From Escherichia coli (lineage in GTDB: Bacteria; Pseudomonadota; Gammaproteobacteria; Enterobacterales; Enterobacteriaceae), in NCBI RefSeq assembly GCF_050920415.1, contig NZ_CP169309.1: 64,000 bases of DNA. One strand, given 5' to 3'. The notes beneath the pieces are model-generated. The model was not told where the DNA came from, made no database searches, and saw nothing but the letters and a program-made list of their open reading frames with translations. Within the stretch, counting starts at the first letter, position 1. Every line of letters starts with the position of its first letter. A program made the position numbers and the translations under genes. Shown one piece after another: positions 30,685-41,761 of the stretch.

Positions 30685-30731
30685 CAAAACAACTTTTGTT
30701 GTTGACGATAAAACAACTATAGTTTTAAATA
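30685..30731 (+). promoter_or_regulatory. putative PL promoter with overlapping OL operators
   Basis: TTGACG (30702-30707), 17-bp spacer, TTAAAT (30725-30730); flanked by AACAACTTTTGTTGTT and AAAACAAC matching the OR half-site. Confidence 0.4.
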
Positions 30732-30803
30732 AATTCATCGCAACGACACAACGATACGGTAACCACCTGTTTCACCGTGGCGATGACCGCTTAGATCCGC
30801 AGT

Positions 30804-31214
30804 TTGAATTTCAGCAGGCTTCGGGGAGTGCGAGGGGTGAAACGGACGCGTGAACGTCGGTGTGACCAGCTGAAATCAACACAACACTTTATACCTCAGT
30901 CGCTTCAACGAGGCGGCTTAGTTATGACAACCGGCGGCCATCCACCGCCTGAATACGCGCAGAAGTCTCTATATGTTCAGCAGCCCAGCTTACGGGCAGG
31001 AGTTTTTATGGTTCATCAACATTACGGAACGCAGACCGTTAATCGCGGTGCGGTCATGCCAGGAATGCTGGTCAAACACAAAGATGGTACCTGGACTGCA
31101 TCAGCTAATTTACGCGGACGGCTTTATCTGCATCGCGGCATCGAGCGCACTTATACCCGTGATTTGCTCGTGGAAGTTTTTCTCGACGGACGCGGTAACG
31201 GCCTCAATCACTAA
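30804..31214 (+). CDS. hypothetical early-left protein; possibly an N-type antiterminator if a non-ATG start is used (ATG-initiated product would be 30924-31214)
   Basis: Track ORF 136 aa with TTG start; in-frame arginine-rich segment [12 protein letters not shown] resembles N-protein ARM motifs; first ATG ([14 protein letters not shown]...) has GAGG about 10 nt upstream; ends 75 nt before gam. Confidence 0.4.
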   Translation: MNFSRLRGVRGVKRTRERRCDQLKSTQHFIPQSLQRGGLVMTTGGHPPPEYAQKSLYVQQPSLRAGVFMVHQHYGTQTVNRGAVMPGMLVKHKDGTWTASANLRGRLYLHRGIERTYTRDLLVEVFLDGRGNGLNH

Positions 31215-31289
31215 TCCCCTTTCCTGTTTTCCTAATCAGCCTGGCATTTCGCGGGCGATATTTTCACAGCCATTTTCAGGAGTTCAGCC

Positions 31290-31586
31290 ATGAACGCTTA
31301 TTACATTCAGGATCGTCTTGAGGCTCAGAGCTGGGCGCGTCACTACCAGCAGATCGCCCGTGAAGAGAAAGAGGCAGAACTGGCAGACGACATGGAAAAA
31401 GGCCTGCCCCAGCACCTGTTTGAATCGCTATGCATCGATCATTTGCAACGCCACGGGGCCAGCAAAAAAGCCATTACCCGTGCGTTTGATGACGATGTTG
31501 AGTTTCAGGAGCGCATGGCAGAACACATCCGGTACATGGTTGAAACCATTGCTCACCACCAGGTTGATATTGATTCAGAGGTATAA
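31290..31586 (+). CDS. gam: Gam (RecBCD inhibitor), short GamS form
   Basis: Track ORF 98 aa [52 protein letters not shown]... Confidence 0.9.
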   Translation: MNAYYIQDRLEAQSWARHYQQIAREEKEAELADDMEKGLPQHLFESLCIDHLQRHGASKKAITRAFDDDVEFQERMAEHIRYMVETIAHHQVDIDSEV

Positions 31587-31591
31587 AACGG

Positions 31592-32377
31592 ATGAGTACA
31601 GCACTCGCAACGCTGGCAGGGAAGCTGGCTGAACGTGTCGGCATGGATTCTGTCGACCCACAGGAACTGATCACCACTCTTCGCCAGACGGCATTTAAAG
31701 GTGATGCCAGCGATGCGCAGTTCATCGCATTGTTGATCGTCGCCAACCAGTACGGCCTTAATCCGTGGACGAAAGAAATTTACGCCTTCCCTGATAAGCA
31801 GAACGGCATCGTTCCGGTGGTGGGCGTTGATGGCTGGTCCCGCATCATCAATGAAAACCAGCAGTTTGATGGTATGGACTTTGAGCAGGACAATGAATCC
31901 TGCACATGCCGGATTTACCGCAAGGACCGCAATCATCCGATCTGCGTTACCGAGTGGATGGATGAATGCCGCCGCGAACCATTCAAAACCCGCGAAGGCA
32001 GAGAAATCACGGGGCCGTGGCAGTCGCATCCCAAACGGATGTTACGTCATAAAGCCATGATTCAGTGTGCCCGTCTGGCCTTCGGATTTGCTGGTATCTA
32101 TGACAAGGATGAAGCCGAGCGCATTGTCGAAAATACCGCATACACTGCAGAACGTCAGCCGGAACGCGACATCACTCCGGTTAACGATGAAACCATGCAG
32201 GAGATTAACACTCTGCTGATTGCCCTGGATAAAACATGGGATGACGACTTATTGCCGCTCTGTTCCCAGATATTTCGCCGCGACATTCGCGCATCGTCAG
32301 AACTGACACAGGCCGAAGCAGTGAAAGCTCTCGGATTCCTGAAACAGAAAGCCACTGAGCAGAAGGTGGCAGCATGA
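31592..32377 (+). CDS. bet: Bet (Red-beta single-strand annealing protein)
   Basis: Track ORF 261 aa [48 protein letters not shown]... Confidence 0.95.
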   Translation: MSTALATLAGKLAERVGMDSVDPQELITTLRQTAFKGDASDAQFIALLIVANQYGLNPWTKEIYAFPDKQNGIVPVVGVDGWSRIINENQQFDGMDFEQDNESCTCRIYRKDRNHPICVTEWMDECRREPFKTREGREITGPWQSHPKRMLRHKAMIQCARLAFGFAGIYDKDEAERIVENTAYTAERQPERDITPVNDETMQEINTLLIALDKTWDDDLLPLCSQIFRRDIRASSELTQAEAVKALGFLKQKATEQKVAA

Positions 32378-33054
32378 CACCGGACATTATCCTGCAGCGT
32401 ACCGGGATCGACGTGAGAGCTGTCGAACAGGGGGATGATGCATGGCACAAATTACGGCTCGGCGTCATCACCGCTTCAGAAGTTCACAACGTGATAGCAA
32501 AGCCCCGCTCAGGAAAGAAGTGGCCTGACATGAAAATGTCCTACTTCCACACCCTGCTTGCCGAGGTTTGCACCGGTGTGGCTCCGGAAGTTAACGCTAA
32601 AGCACTGGCCTGGGGAAAACAGTACGAGAACGACGCCAGAGCCCTGTTTGAGTTTACTTCCGGCGTGAATGTTACTGAATCCCCGATCATCTATCGCGAC
32701 GAAAGTATGCGCACCGCCTGCTCTCCCGATGGTTTATGCAGTGACGGCAACGGCCTTGAACTGAAATGCCCGTTTACCTCCCGGGATTTCATGAAATTCC
32801 GGCTCGGTGGTTTCGAGGCAATAAAATCGGCTTACATGGCCCAGGTGCAGTACAGCATGTGGGTGACGCGAAAAGATGCCTGGTACTTTGCCAACTATGA
32901 CCCACGAATGAAGCGTGAAGGCCTGCATTATGTCGTGATTGAGCAGGATGAAAAGTACATGGCGAGTTTTGACGAGATGGTGCCGGAGTTCATCGAAAAA
33001 ATGGACGAGGCACTGGCTGAAATTGGTTTTGTATTTGGGGAGCAATGGCGATGA
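32374..33054 (+). CDS. exo: Exo (Red-alpha 5'-3' exonuclease)
   Basis: Track ORF 226 aa [49 protein letters not shown]... Confidence 0.95.
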   Translation: MTPDIILQRTGIDVRAVEQGDDAWHKLRLGVITASEVHNVIAKPRSGKKWPDMKMSYFHTLLAEVCTGVAPEVNAKALAWGKQYENDARALFEFTSGVNVTESPIIYRDESMRTACSPDGLCSDGNGLELKCPFTSRDFMKFRLGGFEAIKSAYMAQVQYSMWVTRKDAWYFANYDPRMKREGLHYVVIEQDEKYMASFDEMVPEFIEKMDEALAEIGFVFGEQWR

Positions 33055-33233
33055 AGCATCCTCACGATAATATCCGGGTAGGCGCGATCACTTTCGTCTA
33101 CTCCGTTACAAAGCGAGGCTGGGTATTTCCCGGCCTTTCTGTTACCCGAAATCCCCTGAAAGCACAGCGGCTGGCTGAGGAGATAAATAATAAACGGGGA
33201 GCTGTATGCACAAAGCATCTCCTGTTGAGTTAA
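33045..33233 (+). CDS. small hypothetical protein (lambda orf60a-position)
   Basis: Track ORF 62 aa [50 protein letters not shown]...; start overlaps the exo stop. Confidence 0.55.
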   Translation: MAMKHPHDNIRVGAITFVYSVTKRGWVFPGLSVTRNPLKAQRLAEEINNKRGAVCTKHLLLS

Positions 33234-33397
33234 GAACGAGCATTGAGATGGCACATAGCCTCGCTCAAATTGGAGTCAGGTTTGTGCCAATACCAGTAGA
33301 AACAGACGAAGAATTTCATACGTTAGCCGCATCCCTTTCACAAAAGCTGGAAATGATGGTGGCGAAAGCAGAAGCAGATGAGAGAGACCAGGTATGA
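33206..33397 (+). CDS. small hypothetical protein (lambda orf63-like)
   Basis: Track ORF 63 aa [50 protein letters not shown]... Confidence 0.55.
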   Translation: MHKASPVELRTSIEMAHSLAQIGVRFVPIPVETDEEFHTLAASLSQKLEMMVAKAEADERDQV

Positions 33398-33473
33398 CAA
33401 CCACTGAATGCATTTTTCTGGCAGCGGGCTTCATATTCTGTGTGCTTATGCTTGCCGACATGGGACTTGTTCA

Positions 33474-33689
33474 ATGACACATCAGCAAGAAAACGCCCTT
33501 CGCAGTATTGCCCGTCAGGCTAATTCTGAAATCAAAAAAGCCAGACAGCAGTTCCCGGATAAAAACGTCGATGATATTTGCCGTAGCGTACTGAAGAAGC
33601 ACCGCGAAACGGTAACGCTGATGGGATTCACACCGACTCATTTAAGCCTGGCGATCGGCATGTTAAACGGCGTCTTTAAGGAACGGTGA
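33474..33689 (+). CDS. small hypothetical protein (lambda orf61-like)
   Basis: Track ORF 33408-33689; start chosen at internal ATG 33474 (MTHQQENALRSIARQANSEIKKARQQFPDKNVDD...). Confidence 0.5.
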   Translation: MTHQQENALRSIARQANSEIKKARQQFPDKNVDDICRSVLKKHRETVTLMGFTPTHLSLAIGMLNGVFKER

Positions 33690-33787
33690 GCATGAAAAAC
33701 AAAATCATCATGGAGCTACAGGCTCCTTTTTTATTATTCGCATTCACCCTCAAGCGTATTAACCAACAATTCAGGGATTAATGAAAG

Positions 33788-34006
33788 ATGGCAGACATCA
33801 TTGATTCAGCATCAGGAATTGAAGAATTACAGCGCAACACAGCAATAAAAATGCGCCGCCTGAACCACCAGGCTATATCTGCCACTCATTGTTGTGAGTG
33901 TGGCGATCCGATAGATGAACGAAGACGCCTGGCCGTTCAGGGTTGTCGGACTTGTGCAAGTTGCCAGGAGGAGATCGAACTTAAGAACAAACAATGGGGA
34001 CTGTGA
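33788..34006 (+). CDS. DksA/TraR-family C4 zinc-finger protein
   Basis: Track ORF 72 aa MADIIDSASGIEELQRNTAIKMRRLNHQAISATHCCECGDPIDERRRLAVQGCRTCASCQEE...; CxxC...CxxC motif. Confidence 0.75.
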   Translation: MADIIDSASGIEELQRNTAIKMRRLNHQAISATHCCECGDPIDERRRLAVQGCRTCASCQEEIELKNKQWGL

Positions 34007-34053
34007 TGGCCTCAAAGCAGCAAATTTCAACATCGTCCAACTGAGGTGTAAAA

Positions 34054-34332
34054 ATGTTCAGAATCATTTTTCCTAACACCTGGTACGTCGACCACCACGG
34101 CACTCCCTGCAAAATCCTGCGTTCTACCCACAACAAAGTTCACTACATCCGAAAAGGCAGAACATGTATCGCCAGCATGTTCCGCTTTAATCATGACTTT
34201 GAACCTGTGAATAAAGCTGATGCAGATCGGATAGCAGAAGAGATCGAAACGGCAGAACACATTAAGAAGTTACGTGACATGCGTTCAAAAAGCAGAGGTA
34301 ACCATGGAATCATACAGCCTCACACTCGATGA
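34054..34332 (+). CDS. hypothetical protein
   Basis: Track ORF 92 aa MFRIIFPNTWYVDHHGTPCKILRSTHNKVHYIRKGRTCIASMFRFN...; no family recognised. Confidence 0.4.
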   Translation: MFRIIFPNTWYVDHHGTPCKILRSTHNKVHYIRKGRTCIASMFRFNHDFEPVNKADADRIAEEIETAEHIKKLRDMRSKSRGNHGIIQPHTR

Positions 34333-34675
34333 GGCCTGTCAGTTTCTTAAGATATCCAGACCAACCGCCACCAACTGGATACGAACAGGCCGCCTACAGG
34401 CAACACGTAAAGATCCAACCAAGCCAAAATCTCCTTACCTCACAACACGGCAAGCCTGCATTGCGGCGCTTCAGTCTCCGCTGCATACTGTCCAGGTGAG
34501 CGCGGGTGATGGCATAACAGAGGAAAGAAAATGTCACTCTTCCGCAGAAATGAAATATGGTATGCCTCGTATTCGCTCCCGGGCGGGAAACGAATTAAGG
34601 AATCTCTTGGCACAAAGGACAAGCGGCAAGCTCAGGAGTTGCACGACAAGCGAAAAGCAGAACTCTGGCGAGTAG
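34304..34675 (+). CDS. xis: excisionase-like protein (AlpA/Xis-type HTH), overlapping int start
   Basis: Track ORF 34274-34675; [37 protein letters not shown]... has the HTH pattern of AlpA/Xis-family excisionases; the open frame runs ~145 nt into int. Confidence 0.5.
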   Translation: MESYSLTLDEACQFLKISRPTATNWIRTGRLQATRKDPTKPKSPYLTTRQACIAALQSPLHTVQVSAGDGITEERKCHSSAEMKYGMPRIRSRAGNELRNLLAQRTSGKLRSCTTSEKQNSGE

Positions 34676-35694
34676 AAAAGCTAGGGGATTTACCTGATGT
34701 CACTTTTGAAGAGGCCTGCCTAAGATGGCTTGAGGAAAAAGCTGATAAAAAATCTCTCGATTCAGATAAAAGCCGGATTGAGTTCTGGCTTGAACATTTT
34801 GAGGGTATAAGGCTTAAAGATATCTCGGAGGCAAAGATTTACTCTGCTGTAAGCAGAATGCATAACAGAAAGACGAAAGAAATATGGAAACAGAAAGTTC
34901 AGGCCGCCATCAGGAAAGGTAAAGAACTGCCTGTTTATGAACCAAAGCCAGTATCAACTCAGACAAAGGCAAAGCATCTTGCCATGATAAAGGCCATTCT
35001 CCGTGCTGCAGAACGCGACTGGAAGTGGCTGGAAAAAGCGCCTGTCATCAAGATACCAGCGGTCAGAAACAAGCGAGTCAGATGGCTGGAAAAGGAGGAA
35101 GCAAAACGCCTTATTGATGAGTGCCCCGAACCACTGAAATCTGTCGTCAAGTTTGCGCTGGCAACTGGTCTGAGAAAGTCGAACATCATAAATCTGGAAT
35201 GGCAACAAATCGACATGCAGCGACGAGTTGCCTGGGTGAATCCAGAAGAGAGCAAATCAAACCGCGCCATTGGTGTGGCGCTAAACGATACCGCCTGTAA
35301 AGTGTTGCGTGATCAAATAGGCAAGCATCACAAATGGGTGTTTGTACATACCAAGGCGGCTAAGCGAGCAGATGGAACATCAACGCCTGCGGTCAGGAAG
35401 ATGCGCATCGACAGCAAGACATCATGGCTATCAGCTTGTCGTCGTGCAGGAATTGAAGATTTCCGTTTCCATGACCTCAGACACACCTGGGCAAGCTGGC
35501 TGATTCAGTCAGGCGTCCCATTATCAGTGCTTCAGGAAATGGGCGGATGGGAGTCCATAGAAATGGTTCGTAGGTATGCTCACCTTGCGCCTAATCATTT
35601 GACAGAGCATGCGAGGAAAATAGACGACATTTTTGGTGATAATGTCCCAAATATGTCCCACTCTGGAATTATGGAGGATATAAAGAAGGCGTAA
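34531..35694 (+). CDS. int: tyrosine site-specific integrase
   Basis: Track ORF 387 aa [47 protein letters not shown]...[39 protein letters not shown]; catalytic R..HxxR..Y signature; ends 15 nt from the tRNA 3' end. Confidence 0.95.
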   Translation: MSLFRRNEIWYASYSLPGGKRIKESLGTKDKRQAQELHDKRKAELWRVEKLGDLPDVTFEEACLRWLEEKADKKSLDSDKSRIEFWLEHFEGIRLKDISEAKIYSAVSRMHNRKTKEIWKQKVQAAIRKGKELPVYEPKPVSTQTKAKHLAMIKAILRAAERDWKWLEKAPVIKIPAVRNKRVRWLEKEEAKRLIDECPEPLKSVVKFALATGLRKSNIINLEWQQIDMQRRVAWVNPEESKSNRAIGVALNDTACKVLRDQIGKHHKWVFVHTKAAKRADGTSTPAVRKMRIDSKTSWLSACRRAGIEDFRFHDLRHTWASWLIQSGVPLSVLQEMGGWESIEMVRRYAHLAPNHLTEHARKIDDIFGDNVPNMSHSGIMEDIKKA

Positions 35695-35730
35695 CTGATT
35701 GAATTGTAATGGCGCGCCCTGCAGGATTCG
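35695..35730. other. prophage-host junction (att site overlapping the 3' end of argU); exact core not determinable without the distal copy
   Basis: int stop at 35694 and tRNA 3' end (CCA) at 35710; the second att copy is off-window. Confidence 0.5.
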
Positions 35731-35786
35731 AACCTGCGGCCCACGACTTAGAAGGTCGTTGCTCTATCCAACTGAGCTAAGGGCGC
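35710..35786 (-). tRNA. argU: tRNA-Arg (anticodon UCU)
   Basis: Reverse complement reads GCGCCCTTAGCTCAGTTGGATAGAGCAACGACCTTCTAAGTCGTGGGCCGCAGGTTCGAATCCTGCAGGGCGCGCCA; D- and T-arm consensus, anticodon loop CUUCUAA, 3' CCA. Confidence 0.9.
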
Positions 35787-36028
35787 GTTGATACCGCAAT
35801 GCAGTGTAATCGCGTGAATTATACGGTCAACCCTTGCTGAGTCAATGGCTTTTGATCTGGTTGCTGAACAAGTGAACGACCACGTCTGATTTTCTGATTT
35901 ATTTCGCTATAGCGGCAAACAAACGCACCCCGCTGCGCATCTGAATCAAGAAAACCCGTATTTTCATGTATCAAAGTACAATTTCCAGCCCTAACGGAAA
36001 ATTGTCCTACCCTGTGAGACTGGTAACT

Positions 36029-36661
36029 ATGAAACCAACGTCGGTGATCATTATGGATACCCATCCTATCATCAGAATGTCCATTGAAGTTCTGTTGCAA
36101 AAAAACAGTGAATTGCAGATTGTCCTGAAAACGGATGATTACCGCATAACCATCGATTATCTCCGAACCCGTCCTGTTGATTTAATCATTATGGATATAG
36201 ACTTGCCCGGTACAGACGGTTTTACCTTCCTGAAAAGAATCAAACAAATCCAGAGTACGGTGAAGGTATTATTTTTATCATCAAAATCAGAATGCTTTTA
36301 TGCGGGCAGAGCGATACAAGCGGGTGCTAACGGTTTTGTCAGTAAATGCAATGATCAGAATGATATTTTTCATGCCGTCCAGATGATTCTCTCTGGATAC
36401 ACTTTTTTTCCCAGTGAAACGCTCAACTATATAAAAAGTAATAAATGCAGCACCAATAATTCAACAGCTACGGTGCTATCTAATCGTGAAGTGACTATAT
36501 TACGCTATCTGGTTAGCGGATTATCTAATAAAGAAATTGCCGACAAACTATTACTTAGCAATAAAACAATTAGTGCGCATAAATCTAATATTTATGGCAA
36601 ACTCGGTTTGCATTCAATTGTAGAACTTATCGACTACGCCAAATTATATGAATTAATATAA
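36029..36661 (+). CDS. fimZ: fimbrial response regulator FimZ (receiver domain + LuxR-type HTH)
   Basis: Track ORF 35966-36661; start at ATG 36029 gives 210 aa MKPTSVIIMDTHPIIRMSIEVLLQKNSELQIVLKTDD... Confidence 0.9.
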   Translation: MKPTSVIIMDTHPIIRMSIEVLLQKNSELQIVLKTDDYRITIDYLRTRPVDLIIMDIDLPGTDGFTFLKRIKQIQSTVKVLFLSSKSECFYAGRAIQAGANGFVSKCNDQNDIFHAVQMILSGYTFFPSETLNYIKSNKCSTNNSTATVLSNREVTILRYLVSGLSNKEIADKLLLSNKTISAHKSNIYGKLGLHSIVELIDYAKLYELI

Positions 36662-36663
36662 TA

Positions 36664-37179
36664 TTAATTATAATTGATCATAAATATCGCATCCGCTTTC
36701 GCCACACCTGGTTGGACACCGCTGGCTAACGCTCGATAATTGGCAAAAAAGTTTAGCGTTACATTGCCATTTGCATCTACCTCCTCAGTCGGGCTCGCCT
36801 CGCCCAGCGCAAGCCGGGAGCGATCGCTCTTGCGTAATTCGATGGCGACGGTTTGTGCCATTGCGGGATCGTCCAGGGCCAGCAGGTTGGCATCGGATGC
36901 CGGCGTTCCCGTAAATAAAATCGCGACTGATCCCGGAGGACATCCTTCCAGGCGCAGACTAAAAGGAACAGGTGCCGTGGTATCGCCAGCGGTCAGTAGT
37001 TGTGTCGTAGGCCATCTGCCTAAATCTACCGTCTTATCAACATCCGCTGTGTTTACGGTACAGGAGAAATCAACAACGTTACCGTGCAAATTGATATTAA
37101 TCGTTCCTAAAGGGTCAGCTGCCCATCCACTGGAACTCCACAGTAGCCCGCAGAAACAGCTAAAGATTACTCTTCTCAT
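36664..37179 (-). CDS. sfmF: fimbrial minor subunit SfmF
   Basis: Track ORF 36664-37374; start at internal Met gives 171 aa MRRVIFSCFCGLLWSSSGWAADPLGTININLHGN... Confidence 0.85.
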   Translation of the reverse strand: MRRVIFSCFCGLLWSSSGWAADPLGTININLHGNVVDFSCTVNTADVDKTVDLGRWPTTQLLTAGDTTAPVPFSLRLEGCPPGSVAILFTGTPASDANLLALDDPAMAQTVAIELRKSDRSRLALGEASPTEEVDANGNVTLNFFANYRALASGVQPGVAKADAIFMINYN

Positions 37180-37189
37180 TCTCCGTACC

Positions 37190-38197
37190 TCATTGATAAT
37201 CGACGCGTAAATACCCCAGCGCGCTAAACGGCCCTTCGGTCGGTTTTTGACCGGTAATACTGATAGGCCAGGCGCGAAGTGTGACATTGGCTGCCGCAGC
37301 TGCATCCAGACGGAAAGGAATAACGCTATTGAGATCGTTAGGCGTGATCGGCGTATCGTTCTGATCGGCGACAATAAAACCTAAATCCTGATTGTCCGAC
37401 ACCATCGCCTGACCAGAAACGGCACTGGCTTCCAGACGCATTGTTAAATAAGCCTGCGCAGCAACATTCGTACATTTGATCGCAATATTCTTGGTTTGTG
37501 GCATGACACCATTAGGTCGATTCCCCGGCCCTGCCGCACTAAATAACGATGCACCGATATCACCAAAATCAAATTCAACAATTTGCCCGGCATTTAATTC
37601 GCAGTTTTGCGGTACTTCAACCCGGCCACCAAAACTAATGGTATAAACAGGTGTAACCAACGGATCGTAAGGCGTTGATGTCACATACACGGTAAACATC
37701 ACCTGTCTGGGGATCTCCACCATGTTAATAAAAGGACGAATAACCTTTAAACGAAATATCAAACGAGAATCCATCACCCCGAACGGAAGGTTTTGCGAAA
37801 CGTTAGGATCTGTTCCCATACGGATATAATTTTGCGGGGGAAACTGAATATCCATCACGCTATCAACCAGACTCATCGCACCTAATAGATAATCATTTAA
37901 TTGCATATATTTATAATTATCGATAGTTTCCTGAACAACAAAGTTGGTGACATAACTACGGTATGTATAATTCACCAGCGTACCGGGTGGGCAAATTGCT
38001 GACACACCTACCCAGCCGGATTTTTCCGGTAAAACAACAATCTGACCTGGCTGGTTATTGGTGCTATTAAAGACATTTGAGAGATCATAGTGTTCATCTT
38101 CTGCTACGCCAGTACTATTTGCACAAACAGTAGCCCACGATATGTTCGTTAACCACAAACATGCCATTGCCAATAATGACCTGCAGATTATCTTCAT
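37190..38197 (-). CDS. sfmH: fimbrial adhesin-like subunit SfmH (FimH-like)
   Basis: Track ORF 335 aa MKIICRSLLAMACLWLTNISWATVCANSTGVAEDEHYDL... Confidence 0.85.
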   Translation of the reverse strand: MKIICRSLLAMACLWLTNISWATVCANSTGVAEDEHYDLSNVFNSTNNQPGQIVVLPEKSGWVGVSAICPPGTLVNYTYRSYVTNFVVQETIDNYKYMQLNDYLLGAMSLVDSVMDIQFPPQNYIRMGTDPNVSQNLPFGVMDSRLIFRLKVIRPFINMVEIPRQVMFTVYVTSTPYDPLVTPVYTISFGGRVEVPQNCELNAGQIVEFDFGDIGASLFSAAGPGNRPNGVMPQTKNIAIKCTNVAAQAYLTMRLEASAVSGQAMVSDNQDLGFIVADQNDTPITPNDLNSVIPFRLDAAAAANVTLRAWPISITGQKPTEGPFSALGYLRVDYQ

Positions 38198-38209
38198 TGA
38201 TAATTTCCT

Positions 38210-40819
38210 TTATGAGCCAGGATGTGTGCAAACTGCCGAAATAACAGTGACGGCTTGCTGTAAGCTTTGCTTCGGCAATACATAGTGCGCAATGCAGCGT
38301 GAGTTCGCGCCGTCTCCCCACTGAACCAGTAATTCACCAGACAATGGCGCACCACTTAAATAAACTTGCCCGTCATCACCCACCATACTGGTTATTCCGG
38401 TACTGTTTTCCCGTACCAGTGATCCAAACGGCACCGGTTTTCCGCCCTGGGTAACGGTAATGAGCGCCCGCACGCCTATGCGGGTATCAAAATTGGCACG
38501 AACCAACGCGCCTTGCGTCGGCACAACGCTGCTAATATTTTTTTCAACATCGATGGAATTCCCCATCGTATTGGTATCAAGCGCGATACGGTTATACCGA
38601 TAAACCGTGGCATACGGCATCACCGCATAGCCGCGCCAGTCGGTTAAAATTCCAGTTTGATTTTCAATGCGTACACCGCCTGCGCCAGGCGCTTTAATCA
38701 AAACATTGGTATCCCCTAAAGGCTGGCTCAGCGTTATACCATTTTCATGCCCGACCACACCGCCAGACAGCTGCCAGTTAACGTCATGTTGATCGCGGTC
38801 GTAGTTATACCCGACCCCCAGCGTACCGTAAGCGGCCTGCCAGTTTGCCGTGGCGCTGCCCGTGTACCCATTATTCGAGGTATCGCCCTGGCTTACGTGA
38901 TAACTCAGGTTGTGGCCTTCCAGTAAGGTCCCACCAACGCCTGCCAGCCAGCTATTTTGCCCGTTGCTGTTACGGTTGGCGTTAAAGGAGGCATAAGCGC
39001 GATCGAGCGCATTTTCCCGGGTGTAGCGACGTTTGGTCAGAACATTGAAAGGCACTGAAACATTAAGTCCGACAATACGTTCGTTATCGGGGATCCCTAC
39101 AGATTCATTCCACGAAAATGAGAGTGAATAACTGATGCCAACCCAGCTGCTGGTATACCCCACCTGATACCAGGTATCTGAATCCGAAGTATTCCAGTAT
39201 TTTTGATGGGTACCAGAAATATAAAGCGAGCCAAAGTCATTAAGTGATTGTGAAATATTTAACTGCAAACGGTCTTTACGACTAAAGCGTAAATTGTGGT
39301 AATTCACGATTATCGGTTCATCGCGATGCTCACCGTCATAATCGTAATCATATTCGTACCCCTCCATTCGACGATACGCAACATCATCAAGGGTATAAAA
39401 ACCTTGTGTCGAATAGCGGTAACCCATTAACTGAAAATTGGTGCCGAAAGTGTTCATTGATTTCGCATAGAGGAAGCGAATGGAATCCCCCTCATGACGA
39501 CTGTCGTCGGCTAACTGACTGCGCGCATGCGTTACATCCAGCGACACTGCGCCCCAGTTCCCGAGGTTGCGCCCCAGCCCTAACAAAAAGGCGGTGTAAT
39601 TTGCAGATAATTGCGTCCCGCCGTAGGCAGTAAATTCCTGTGGTAAACCGCCGAGTGCCGTGCCCTGAAAAAAGAAAGGCGACGATTGCTGACTATTACC
39701 GCTACGAAAATCGCCCGCCGTCAGGTCAAATTTGAAACGCCCTTCGCGTTGTAAAATTGGCACTGTTGAATACGGAATAGTGTAATTCTGCTGATTACCA
39801 TCGCGTTCGTCGATGGTGACGTCCAGATCGCCATTTGAAGATGTCGGGTGCAAATCTGTAATTTCGAAAGCGCCGGGGGAAACATAGCTTTGATAGATAA
39901 TAAAACCATTTTGCCGAATCGTTAGCTGGGCCGCCGTACGGGCAATCCCACGTACCGTTGGGGCAAACCCTTGCTGGCTATCTGGATACATATTATCAGA
40001 AGAATAAAGCCGTACACCTCGAAATCCGACGCCATCGAAAATATCACTCCCTGTATTACCGTCTCCCATTACCAGTTCACTTTTCAGCGGAATAATGGCG
40101 CGCTGTACCCAGGTGCCAATATTATTCCACTGTTCTGAATGATATCCATTTCCGCGAAAATAGTTCCAGGAACCATTGTTGCGTAAACGCCACGGGCCAA
40201 TATTAATCCCACTAAGTTCACTAAAAAAATAGCTATCGTTACCATTACCTCTGTTACCGGTGAAATTATAATTCAGGAGTAAAGCAGGAATACCTTCATC
40301 CCACTCTTCAGGCGGAATGTAACCGTGAGCGCTACTCAACAACGCTATCTGAGGAATAGTGATGTTCAGGCGCATCGCTGCAAAATCAAAGTTAATTGTG
40401 GCATCAGGTACAGCTTTCAGTAAATTAATGCATTTATTATTTTGCTGCTGGGCTAACTCGGGGAATGCACTGCTATTAAGGCCAATTCGTTCAAGGAGTG
40501 CCTGGTTAAAACAAGGCATTAACCCACCTGATTTATCACCTGTATTTACTGTCGTCGATTCAAATACGATATCCTGTGAACCAATGAACTCATCATTACG
40601 CCAGAGATCCACCCGATACACACCCGCAGGTTGATGATTACCTCTCTCAAAGCGCGATAAATCAGCAACGGATGTGCCATTCTCTAATAAAAATGCCGGG
40701 TTGAAATAACTTTCCGCATAACTTAAAAAGGAGGGTAAAATGGCAAGAGATGAATAACAAATTCCGGCCAGACACCAGGTATACCTCTGCGGAATATCCG
40801 TAGTAGTGGGTATTTTCAT
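38210..40819 (-). CDS. sfmD: fimbrial outer membrane usher SfmD
   Basis: Track ORF 869 aa [45 protein letters not shown]... Confidence 0.9.
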   Translation of the reverse strand: MKIPTTTDIPQRYTWCLAGICYSSLAILPSFLSYAESYFNPAFLLENGTSVADLSRFERGNHQPAGVYRVDLWRNDEFIGSQDIVFESTTVNTGDKSGGLMPCFNQALLERIGLNSSAFPELAQQQNNKCINLLKAVPDATINFDFAAMRLNITIPQIALLSSAHGYIPPEEWDEGIPALLLNYNFTGNRGNGNDSYFFSELSGINIGPWRLRNNGSWNYFRGNGYHSEQWNNIGTWVQRAIIPLKSELVMGDGNTGSDIFDGVGFRGVRLYSSDNMYPDSQQGFAPTVRGIARTAAQLTIRQNGFIIYQSYVSPGAFEITDLHPTSSNGDLDVTIDERDGNQQNYTIPYSTVPILQREGRFKFDLTAGDFRSGNSQQSSPFFFQGTALGGLPQEFTAYGGTQLSANYTAFLLGLGRNLGNWGAVSLDVTHARSQLADDSRHEGDSIRFLYAKSMNTFGTNFQLMGYRYSTQGFYTLDDVAYRRMEGYEYDYDYDGEHRDEPIIVNYHNLRFSRKDRLQLNISQSLNDFGSLYISGTHQKYWNTSDSDTWYQVGYTSSWVGISYSLSFSWNESVGIPDNERIVGLNVSVPFNVLTKRRYTRENALDRAYASFNANRNSNGQNSWLAGVGGTLLEGHNLSYHVSQGDTSNNGYTGSATANWQAAYGTLGVGYNYDRDQHDVNWQLSGGVVGHENGITLSQPLGDTNVLIKAPGAGGVRIENQTGILTDWRGYAVMPYATVYRYNRIALDTNTMGNSIDVEKNISSVVPTQGALVRANFDTRIGVRALITVTQGGKPVPFGSLVRENSTGITSMVGDDGQVYLSGAPLSGELLVQWGDGANSRCIAHYVLPKQSLQQAVTVISAVCTHPGS

Positions 40820-40849
40820 AATTAGCTCTGATATTGTCAGATGATTCGG

Positions 40850-41542
40850 TTAGTTTAAGTTCACTTCTCTGACCGGAGTTACTGAACCATAATCATTAAC
40901 GGTCTGAAATTTCAGTTTTCCCCGCACTCCTGAGGGTAAGGGAATTTGTGAATTAACTCTGGGTGCAGCCATAGCATTCCCCAACTTTTGGCTGCCCACT
41001 TGCAGGTTAACCAGGGTGACATAAAAAGGTGATGGATTATGAACATTGATATAGTTACCGGATCGCGAAAACTTGAGTGTGTCCGGCGCTTCTGCGGGTA
41101 ATTCTTGTAGCTGAATTGGACGGAGAAATAACTTCATGCGCGATAAAATCGCCAGTTGCAAAACATTCCTGCCGTTCAATGCATTTTTATCTACCGAAGG
41201 GATCGTCTTAACATTCATCCAGAACAAAGACTCACGATCTGCCGCCAGCGGTGGACCGGTGTAAATAATACGCAAGGTATTTTCGCTTTTGGGTTCACTA
41301 ACAAACAGTGGCGGTGTAATGATGAATGACTTTTCTTTTACACCGCTACTGTTTTCAATCCACGAATTGACCAGAAAGCGCTCATTGGTATGGCTATTTC
41401 TAATCCATACCGCAGTCTGTTTAGCATCAGCGGGATAAATAATACGCGTGGCACCTAATGCGATCCCTCCGGCAGCATGGGCGCTGGCCGAAATGATTAA
41501 ATAAAATATAATGGGCATCAATAACTTTATTTTAGTCATCAT
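40850..41542 (-). CDS. sfmC: fimbrial periplasmic chaperone SfmC
   Basis: Track ORF 230 aa [49 protein letters not shown]... Confidence 0.9.
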   Translation of the reverse strand: MMTKIKLLMPIIFYLIISASAHAAGGIALGATRIIYPADAKQTAVWIRNSHTNERFLVNSWIENSSGVKEKSFIITPPLFVSEPKSENTLRIIYTGPPLAADRESLFWMNVKTIPSVDKNALNGRNVLQLAILSRMKLFLRPIQLQELPAEAPDTLKFSRSGNYINVHNPSPFYVTLVNLQVGSQKLGNAMAAPRVNSQIPLPSGVRGKLKFQTVNDYGSVTPVREVNLN

Positions 41543-41761
41543 AGTTAATACGCCTTGTGTATTCCTGACGGCAAAAATAAGGAGTATAAAGAAATGATTG
41601 CTTTGGTTTATTACAACACATCATTCCCTTTTCATTTAATAAAGCGGCATGATACAAAGTGAGCGTGATTTCGATTTACATTGCCACCATACCGCTTCAG
41701 ACAACCGGTACATTACTTTGTTATAAGACGTGATATATAATTCAAAACTACGTAGTTTTGA

